NCBI GenBank assembly: GCA_001798715.1
Contig: MGSF01000022.1
Coordinates: 21,899-85,898 of the forward strand
Direction: 5' to 3'
DNA: 64,000 bases
Source of the DNA: Deltaproteobacteria bacterium RIFCSPLOWO2_02_FULL_50_16
GTDB lineage: Bacteria; UBA10199; 2-02-FULL-50-16
Below the pieces are notes generated by a model, which did not search any database, was not told where the DNA came from, and was given only the letters and a program-made list of their open reading frames with translations. Shown here piece after piece: positions 53,437 to 61,138 of this stretch (position 1 is the stretch's first letter; the number at the start of each line of letters is the position of its first letter). The translations under genes and the position numbers were made by a program.

Positions 53437-53752
53437 TATCAAAGATCCCGTAGAGCCAGCCAAAAAAAACAATAAAGGTACAAAGGATAAGCATTATTTT
53501 TATGTCGTTAAAGGCCCTAATGATTGTGGCGATTGTGATGAAGTGACTGGTGAGGACGACTTGATTCCTGGACATGATTTCTTGAAGAGAATGGATGTAA
53601 CCCCATAGTCCTATGAGGGTGGCCCCACTCACAGAGACGCTAATCACTATTCCTTGAAGATGGCGTTTGAGATAAAATTGACCGGAACCCGGAAAAATTC
53701 CCCCGGAGAGAATAAGGGCGAGATTTAATTTTTTTTGAGGGGGGATCTCCAT
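53378..53752 (-). CDS. Possible small TM2-like membrane protein
   Basis: GIFPGSGQFYL....GIVISVSVSG..LIGLWGYI resembles the TM2 motif. Fills an otherwise empty 425-nt gap. Overlaps the murJ 3' end. Confidence 0.3.
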   Translation of the reverse strand: MEIPPQKKLNLALILSGGIFPGSGQFYLKRHLQGIVISVSVSGATLIGLWGYIHSLQEIMSRNQVVLTSHFITIATIIRAFNDIKIMLILCTFIVFFGWLYGIFDIIFLMAHSKDSTPLSSPDS

Positions 53753-53861
53753 AGGGTTACCTTGGCCTTGCTTTTCCGAAAATAGCATGATTTCACCGGT
53801 TTCTAAAGCTGAATACCGATGACTCCATCAGGGGCAAGAGGATTCAAATTGACATAACCCA

Positions 53862-54467
53862 TTGAAAGTAGTAACCTTTTCTCGATATATCATGATGATC
53901 CAAAAAAACTTTTATGTCGATACCTCCCCGGAGATAGACGTTATTAATGTTTTTCATGAGGTCGATAGCGTTATTAAGGAGTCCAAGGTTTGTCAGGGAT
54001 TGGTGACCCTGATGGCCCCCTTGGAGATGGCCAGCTTTGTTATCTTGGACAGTCGGAAGGATGCTGATAAAAAATTTAAGGAGGAATTGACTGATTTTTT
54101 GAAAGAGAGCGAAAAGATCAGGGTGGATTCTCCTGCATCAGCCCCTGTCAAGAAAAGGGGAATAGGCCGTCTCCATTCGCTGGAGACCCTGCAAATCCTC
54201 AGTGGTCCAAAAATCTCCAAGGAAATGTTGATGTTCTTCATGGGCCGTACCCTGACCCTCCCGCTTTCTCAGGGAGCGATGGCGATGGATCCTTGGGATC
54301 ATGTTTATTTGCTCGATGTTGGCACTGAAGGAAGACGGCGGGAGTTTTTTGTTCAGGTCATTGGAGAAGAGGCGAACAAGGATCAGGGACGTATGCCCCT
54401 GAGAGGTCCGGCGGTTCGGGGAGGCAAGAAGGGACCGCCTCCCCAGGGGCCTTCTGTAAAGGTCTGA
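53862..54467 (+). CDS. YjbQ/UPF0047-family protein with a Gly/Pro/Arg/Lys-rich C-terminal tail
   Basis: Block alignment with YjbQ (GLVTLMAP...; G.TLTLP...GAMAMDPW...L.DVGTEGRRR...VIGE). Confidence 0.45.
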   Translation: MKVVTFSRYIMMIQKNFYVDTSPEIDVINVFHEVDSVIKESKVCQGLVTLMAPLEMASFVILDSRKDADKKFKEELTDFLKESEKIRVDSPASAPVKKRGIGRLHSLETLQILSGPKISKEMLMFFMGRTLTLPLSQGAMAMDPWDHVYLLDVGTEGRRREFFVQVIGEEANKDQGRMPLRGPAVRGGKKGPPPQGPSVKV

Positions 54468-54492
54468 AAAATGAAACAAAGGAGAATTTGGT

Positions 54493-55467
54493 TTGAAAAA
54501 GAAAAATAGCGTGGTTGATTCCAATAATAAAGTCGTCAAACTGCGTTTCGAAGACAATAATCTCGCCCGAAATTTGTTTGGTGTTCATGATCAGAACTTA
54601 AGATCCCTGGAAAAAAAGCTGGATATTACCATTAATGTTCGGGGAACGGATGTCAGTTTGGCGGGGGGTTGTTCAGATGTTGAGATCGCTGGAAAATTAT
54701 TAAACGAATTTTATCAGTTGTTGAAAAAAGGCTATCCTGTTTTTGGATCCGATATTGAGCAGGCCGTTAAAATACTTTCGAAGGATCATGAAGCGAGCCT
54801 TCATGATATTTTTTCCCACTCGATTTTTATCCCCGCCAAGGGACATGTGATTATCCCCAAAAACTATCATCAAAAACAGTACATGGATGCCATACGACAG
54901 TCTGATTTGGTTTTTGGTATTGGTCCCGCAGGGACTGGAAAGACCTATTTGGCTGTGGCGATGGCCGTGATGGCCCTCAGTAAAAAACAGGTAGAGCGTA
55001 TTATCTTGGTGCGTCCAGCTGTGGAAGCTGGTGAAAAGATTGGGTTTTTGCCTGGTGACCTCTTGGAGAAGATCAATCCTTACTTGCGTCCTCTCTACGA
55101 TGCCCTGTATGATATGATGGATTTCGAAAAGACCGTTCAATTAAGAGAATCCGGTGTGATCGAGGTGGCCCCGTTGGCTTTTATGAGAGGGAGGACCCTG
55201 TCTTCTTCTTTTGTTATTTTGGATGAGGCGCAGAATAGTACGAGGGAGCAGATGAAGATGTTTTTGACAAGGTTAGGTTTTGGATCCAAGGTTGTTGTTA
55301 CAGGAGACATCACACAGATCGACCTGCCTGAGGGAAAGATGTCCGGTCTAGTGGAAGCCGAAGGTATTTTAAAGGGCATTCAGGGTATTTCTTTTCAATA
55401 TTTTGATGCCGGGGATGTTGTCAGACATCCCTTGGTGTCAGACATTATTGATGCTTACCAGAAGTAG
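54493..55467 (+). CDS. phoH: PhoH-like ATPase (YbeZ)
   Basis: Walker A GPAGTGKTYLAV. KH-like N-terminal domain. Confidence 0.85.
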   Translation: MKKKNSVVDSNNKVVKLRFEDNNLARNLFGVHDQNLRSLEKKLDITINVRGTDVSLAGGCSDVEIAGKLLNEFYQLLKKGYPVFGSDIEQAVKILSKDHEASLHDIFSHSIFIPAKGHVIIPKNYHQKQYMDAIRQSDLVFGIGPAGTGKTYLAVAMAVMALSKKQVERIILVRPAVEAGEKIGFLPGDLLEKINPYLRPLYDALYDMMDFEKTVQLRESGVIEVAPLAFMRGRTLSSSFVILDEAQNSTREQMKMFLTRLGFGSKVVVTGDITQIDLPEGKMSGLVEAEGILKGIQGISFQYFDAGDVVRHPLVSDIIDAYQK

Positions 55468-55494
55468 TCATTCAAGTAGACCCATGGAATTTTT

Positions 55495-57900
55495 ATGAGA
55501 AAAAAATTAACTAGTTATTTTGGAGCATTTCATAAGGAAGATTTTTTGAGTTGGAGGCGTTTTTATCACTCAGCATTTTTCAACTGGTTTTTATTTATTG
55601 TTTTTACTTTGGCAATCAGTTTCTTGATGAATGTGGTTGTTGACTCATTGCCGACTCAGGTTGTTGGCGGATCTATCGCCCCCGATGATATTTGGGCGGA
55701 TCGCGATTATCAGATTCTGGAGGCAGAAGCGACCAATGCTATTCGACAAGAGGCTCGTCAAACTATCCTGCCACAGTTTGTTTACAACAAAGGCGTCTCC
55801 ACAAATCTTAAAGATAAGATTTCAAAGGTCTTTGCTGATTCAAGGGCGCAGTTGCGTCCCCTCGTTGACATTTCCGGGGATCTGCGTCTCACACCTGAAG
55901 GGGTCACTTCTCTCAAAGAGGCTTTTGCTGGTGGATTGGGGATCAGCATGGATGATGAGACCTTTATGGCCTTGGTGAGCAATCGATTCAGCTCAAAGTT
56001 GGAAGATATCATTCAGCGATGGATGGAAGCAGTTTATGGTTATTATCTCATTGAAGATGCGAAATTACTGGAAGGACTCCAGCAAAAAGGGATTGTCGTT
56101 TATCAGAAGGATAGCGGTATTGAGGGGGTCTTGTTTAAGGAATGGGAAAAAATTCGTGATCTCACAACAACCAGGGAAAATATAGGAAATGATCCTATTG
56201 TTAAAATAACTTATCGGCCCAGCACTTGGGAGGCCCTCGTCAAGGTAACGAGCACCCTCATTCAGCCTGATTTGTCCTATGATGAAGAAAAAACAAAACA
56301 ACTTCAGGAAGAGGCGGCCGCCAAGATCAATGATGTCGTGATTAATGTGCAATCGGGGGAATCCATTATTCGCAAGGGAGACCGATATGATGAGCGCTCT
56401 ATCAAAATTATTGAAGGCATTTTAAAAACAAAGGCAAAAACCCAATATCATATAAAAATTGCCGGCATTTTCGTCTTTCTACTCACATTTCTTTTCATCC
56501 TGTATTCGTTTGGACGTCATTACATTCTTCGCTTTCGTCCTGCCCGCAACGATCTTGTTTTTTTCGGGACTCTGGGATTGTTTTCCATCGTCCTTATCAG
56601 GCTTTTATTCATCGCCATTCCTTCGTTTCACAGGCTCATCTCGGATGTTCCGGCCTCTACCTTTTATTATCTCATTCCCGTGGCTGCGAGTGTCATGTTG
56701 GTGCGTCTCATGGTCAATGCGGAAACCACTACTTTTTTTGCAGTGGCTTTTATCGGGATCAATAGCTTGATGTTTCCGGGTGGTGTCGGCCTGACGGTTT
56801 TTTACATGACAAGTTCGGTTTTTGGCGCCTTCATTATATCCCATGTCAGCAGCCGTGCGGGGATATTCAAGGCGGGTTTTTATACCGGATTGGTCAATGC
56901 CTTTCTTATTCTGGCCGCAAACATGATTTATTCGGTTTCCAACATAGGTGATTTTGTTCTGGGTGTTGTCTTGTGGAAGATCGGTTTTGGTTTTTTGGGT
57001 GGGATTTTCTCCTCGGTTTTGGTGATGGTTTTGACGCCATTGGCAGAATCGGCCTTCAATTACCTTACGGACATTAAGCTGCTCGAATATGGCAGCCTTA
57101 ATCATCCCTTGCTTCGAGAACTGATTGTCAGGGCTCCGGGCACCTACCATCATAGTCATATGGTGGGGACATTATCCGAGGCGGGTTGCGATGCGATTGG
57201 GGCCAACGGCCTGTTTGCGCGTGTTGCCTGTTACTTTCACGACATTGGAAAGATGAAAAAGTCCGAATACTTTATCGAAAATCAAAAAGGTGACAATCGC
57301 CATGAGAGACTTTCTCCCTCCATGAGCGCCCTGATTATTGCCTCTCACGTAAAAGATGGTATCGAACTGGCACGGTCTCATAAACTTCCCCAAAGAATCA
57401 TAGACATTATTCCACAACATCAGGGCAAAAAACTCATCAGTTACTTTTATGTAAAGGCCAAGGAAATGGAAAAGGTCAATATCCATTCAGTGAAGGAAGA
57501 GAATTATCGTTATTCGGGACCCAAGCCGCAAACAAGGGAGGCGGGCGTTATTTTGCTGGCCGATACGGTGGAGGCGGCGACTCGCTCGCTCAAGGATCGC
57601 AGTCCTTCAAAATTAAGATCTGTCGTCCAGAATATGATCAATAAGAATTTTTCTGACGGTCAGTTGGATGAATGTGATATGACATTAAGGGACTTGCACA
57701 CTATTGCAGATCAGTTTACAAGGATCCTCATAGGTATTTATCATCAGCGGGTAGAATACCCTGATTTTGAGGCGACAGATGAAGAACATCCCCCCCTCCA
57801 GCTCGGCGATAAGTTTGACAAACAAAACCCGATTCAGGGCGGTTCCCCTGAAGAAGATCAAAAGGTTTCTTCAGACAATATTAGACATCTTAGGTCATAA
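55495..57900 (+). CDS. 7TM-receptor-linked HD-domain phosphohydrolase (YqfF/PgpH-like)
   Basis: Seven TM helices mid-protein. HD motif HSHMVG...YFHDIGK. Confidence 0.8.
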   Translation: MRKKLTSYFGAFHKEDFLSWRRFYHSAFFNWFLFIVFTLAISFLMNVVVDSLPTQVVGGSIAPDDIWADRDYQILEAEATNAIRQEARQTILPQFVYNKGVSTNLKDKISKVFADSRAQLRPLVDISGDLRLTPEGVTSLKEAFAGGLGISMDDETFMALVSNRFSSKLEDIIQRWMEAVYGYYLIEDAKLLEGLQQKGIVVYQKDSGIEGVLFKEWEKIRDLTTTRENIGNDPIVKITYRPSTWEALVKVTSTLIQPDLSYDEEKTKQLQEEAAAKINDVVINVQSGESIIRKGDRYDERSIKIIEGILKTKAKTQYHIKIAGIFVFLLTFLFILYSFGRHYILRFRPARNDLVFFGTLGLFSIVLIRLLFIAIPSFHRLISDVPASTFYYLIPVAASVMLVRLMVNAETTTFFAVAFIGINSLMFPGGVGLTVFYMTSSVFGAFIISHVSSRAGIFKAGFYTGLVNAFLILAANMIYSVSNIGDFVLGVVLWKIGFGFLGGIFSSVLVMVLTPLAESAFNYLTDIKLLEYGSLNHPLLRELIVRAPGTYHHSHMVGTLSEAGCDAIGANGLFARVACYFHDIGKMKKSEYFIENQKGDNRHERLSPSMSALIIASHVKDGIELARSHKLPQRIIDIIPQHQGKKLISYFYVKAKEMEKVNIHSVKEENYRYSGPKPQTREAGVILLADTVEAATRSLKDRSPSKLRSVVQNMINKNFSDGQLDECDMTLRDLHTIADQFTRILIGIYHQRVEYPDFEATDEEHPPLQLGDKFDKQNPIQGGSPEEDQKVSSDNIRHLRS

Positions 57901-58222
57901 AAACGCGGGTCTTGAGGTGCTTCTCATTACCGATCGGACCATGATGCAGTGGAATAAGAGGGTTTTTGGCAGGACAGGCTCGACAGATGTCATTTCTTTT
58001 CCCTTCAATGAGCGCTATTTTTTAGGTTCTATTCTTATTTCTGCGGATAAAACAGCAGCCCAGGCACGCCAATACAGGCATTCCTTTCAGAAAGAATTAA
58101 AGCTATTATTGATTCATGGGGTTTTACATCTTATGGGATTTGATCATGATTGTTCACGGCGGGCAACCCGCATGAGAAAGATGGAACAAAAATTGTTTTG
58201 CAAAACAAAATATTTACGATAA
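57767..58222 (+). CDS. ybeY: rRNA maturation endoribonuclease YbeY. The true start may lie downstream of 57900.
   Basis: HGVLHLMGFDHD zinc motif. Confidence 0.8.
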   Translation: MRRQMKNIPPSSSAISLTNKTRFRAVPLKKIKRFLQTILDILGHKNAGLEVLLITDRTMMQWNKRVFGRTGSTDVISFPFNERYFLGSILISADKTAAQARQYRHSFQKELKLLLIHGVLHLMGFDHDCSRRATRMRKMEQKLFCKTKYLR

Positions 58223-58224
58223 GT

Positions 58225-59814
58225 ATGCTGAAATCTTTTTTAAAGAGAGATTGGTTTCTTGCCCTCCTGTCGGGTTTTTTTGGCATTTGGATTCTGCCGG
58301 TTTCCATCGGAAATTTTTCAACAAGTGGTTTTGACATTCTGGCCTGGATAGTCTTTACCCCTCTTTTTCTGGCGATTTGGGAGTCGCCTCCCAGGCGCAC
58401 TTTTCTTCTCGTTGGGCTGACCCACATGATTTATTTTAGTGGGGTTAGTTATTGGTTGAATATTGCTATTCATCAATTTGGCGGACTTCCCCTGTGGTCG
58501 AGCCTCCTCATCATGTTGTTGCTTGTCGTCATCAAATCTTCGTTGATGGGAGGTTTTTTCGCCCTTGGGGCCTATTGGAATAAAAAATTGAATCTTTCAT
58601 GGATACTTTTGGCCCCGCTTCTTTGGGTGGTAGAGGATTATACGATCAATTACATTCCCGCCGGTGGTTTTCCCTGGGGCAATATCGCTTATTCCCAGTC
58701 GGCTTTTGTTGTTATGATTCAGATGTTGGACCTCGTGGGAGTTTATGGAGTTGGTTTTCTCATTATTTTGATCAATGTCACGCTGACGGCGGTTGTTCGA
58801 TCATGGCTGCATCTTCAGTTATTTCCCTATCGGGCAGTCCTCACGACATTGATTTTGCTGATCCTGACCCTCACCTATGGTTTTTTTAGGTTCAATCACT
58901 TTGAAAACACTACTCCCAAACAGGAGACACTCAATGTCGCTTATATTCAGGGCAACATTTCTCAGGGTCTCAAGTGGGAGGAGACACTTCAAGATCGCAT
59001 TTTGTCCAAGTATCAGTTTTTATCTCAAAAAGCGCTTGAAGAATCATCAAAACCTGTCGACCTCATCGTTTATCCTGAGACGGCGTATCCTCATTTGTTA
59101 AGGCATTCAAAATTAAACAGGGTGGAATCTTTCGTCAAGGTGCCCTCGCTATGGGGGTTGAATACCTTTGATGCCGATCCTACATCCCCCTTCAAGATAA
59201 AATTGTTTAATAGCGCCTTGTTATTGGATGAGGCCAGTGAAAGTTTGGGCATTTATCACAAGACACATCTTGTTCCGATGGGTGAGTATGTTCCCCTAAA
59301 AAAGATCTTCTTTTTTGTGGACAAGATTGTTCCAGGTTTCATGGATTTTACCCCGGGACGGCCGGGACAGCTCTTGCGTCTTCATCAGAAGGCGCTCTTG
59401 GGTGTCACAATATGTTATGAGGACTCGTTTCCCGAGATCAGCCGATCTTTTGTCAAAAACGGGGCCGATCTCTTGATCAACATCACCAATGACGCCTGGT
59501 ATGGCAAATCATCGGCCCCTTATCAGCACCTGACATTTTCCCAGTTTCGTGCTGTGGAAACACGCCGGTGGTTGGTGCGCTCAACCAATACGGGGGTTTC
59601 GGCCGTCGTCGATCCCTTGGGGCGGTTTTATAATATTTCTGATATCTTTACGGAGGCCTTTGCGGTGACTACAGTGGGCTTGGGAGGGGCACTGACTTTC
59701 TATACGGCCTGGGGTGATATCTTGGTCTATGTGTGTCTTCTTGTTATGTCTTGGCTGGGGATTAAAACGATTTTGATTATTTACAGAGAGCGGTCTCGTT
59801 TTAAAGAAACTTGA
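58225..59814 (+). CDS. lnt: Apolipoprotein N-acyltransferase
   Basis: N-terminal polytopic domain plus CN-hydrolase domain (catalytic Cys in VTICYED region). Confidence 0.8.
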   Translation: MLKSFLKRDWFLALLSGFFGIWILPVSIGNFSTSGFDILAWIVFTPLFLAIWESPPRRTFLLVGLTHMIYFSGVSYWLNIAIHQFGGLPLWSSLLIMLLLVVIKSSLMGGFFALGAYWNKKLNLSWILLAPLLWVVEDYTINYIPAGGFPWGNIAYSQSAFVVMIQMLDLVGVYGVGFLIILINVTLTAVVRSWLHLQLFPYRAVLTTLILLILTLTYGFFRFNHFENTTPKQETLNVAYIQGNISQGLKWEETLQDRILSKYQFLSQKALEESSKPVDLIVYPETAYPHLLRHSKLNRVESFVKVPSLWGLNTFDADPTSPFKIKLFNSALLLDEASESLGIYHKTHLVPMGEYVPLKKIFFFVDKIVPGFMDFTPGRPGQLLRLHQKALLGVTICYEDSFPEISRSFVKNGADLLINITNDAWYGKSSAPYQHLTFSQFRAVETRRWLVRSTNTGVSAVVDPLGRFYNISDIFTEAFAVTTVGLGGALTFYTAWGDILVYVCLLVMSWLGIKTILIIYRERSRFKET

Positions 59815-59847
59815 CTTCTTACCCCTTGGCGGCTTACTAATTCGTTT

Positions 59848-60944
59848 CATGCATTTAAAAGAACTCAAAGAAAACATCACTTTCCTGTCTGAAAAGATCA
59901 GTTTTCTTCGGAGGGGTCTTTGACCCTGCTCACGACGGGCAAATCCTAAAAAAATTAGAAGAAAAGACGAATTCTCCCGATTTTTGGAATGATACCCGCG
60001 AGGCCGGAAAGATCTCCAAGGAGATTGATGCGCTTCGAGGCACTATCAGTATGTGGGAATCGTTGGATCAAAGTCTTAGTGACCTCAAGGCCTATGAGGA
60101 GTTGATAGGGGAGGCGAGTGATGAAGATCTTCTCCAGGAGGCGGCCCAGAGATTTGATGACTTAAAAAAACGCGTTGATGATATTGAATTTCGTCAAATG
60201 CTCTCGGGTCCCCATGACAAAAATGACGCCATTTTTTCAATCAATGCCGGGGCGGGAGGGACCGAGTCCTGCGATTGGGCCGAGATCTTGCTCCGGATGT
60301 ATCGGCGTTGGGCGGAGCGTCATGGTTATCAGGTGGAAATCCTGGATTTTACCCATGGGGATCAGGCGGGTTTTCGGTCGGTGACGATGACGATCTCGGG
60401 AAACTATGTTTATGGCTATTTGCGGGCCGAGATTGGTGTCCATCGATTGGTCAGGATTTCCCCCTTTGACGCCAATAAGAGACGGCATACCTCCTTTGCC
60501 TCTGTCTTTGTGATGCCGGATATCGAGGACGAGATTGAAATCGAGGTGAAGGATGCGGATCTGCGCGTCGATACATTTCGCTCAAGTGGCGCGGGGGGGC
60601 AGCATGTCAACAAAACCGATTCGGCCGTACGCCTCACCCACCTCCCCACCAATATTGTCGTGGCCTGCCAAAGCGATCGTTCCCAGCATCGCAATCGGGC
60701 GATGGCGATGAAGCTCCTCAAGGCCAAGCTCTACGAGCTCGAGATGGAAAAAAAACAGGAAGAACAAAAAAAGATCGAGGGAACCAAAAAAGAGATCGCC
60801 TGGGGATCCCAGATTCGTTCCTATGTCCTGCATCCCTATCAGATGGTCAAGGACCACCGGACACAGTATGAGGTCGGCAATGCGGCCTCCGTTCTTGATG
60901 GGGATCTGGACGCCTTTATCCGCGCCTATCTCCTCAATCGATAG
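59848..60944 (+). CDS. prfB: Peptide chain release factor 2, with programmed +1 frameshift at CTT TGA C (59917-59923). See the finding on a second frame break near 60000.
   Basis: ORF0 MHLKELKENITFLSEKISFLRRGL-TGA preceded by GGAGGGG. Downstream SPF, GGQ (SGAGGQHVNKT) and the RF2 C-terminus. Confidence 0.8.
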
Positions 60945-60971
60945 AAGCCCCCTGATTACTTTAATCATAAA

Positions 60972-60998
60972 AGTGGGGACTTAAGTCCCCACTTTTTG
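60972..60998 (+). terminator. Rho-independent terminator of prfB
   Basis: AGTGGGGACT-ta-AGTCCCCACT stem followed by TTTTT. Confidence 0.7.
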
Positions 60999-61138
60999 TA
61001 GTGGCCTGTGCTTTTTCTTCATAAATGCGTCTGGTAATTAGATATTACTAATAATATCAATAAGATATCAACCCAATAAAATATTCTTAAACACCCACCC
61101 ATGGTCCCGAGATTGCAAAGACTACAATAGAGAACCCC

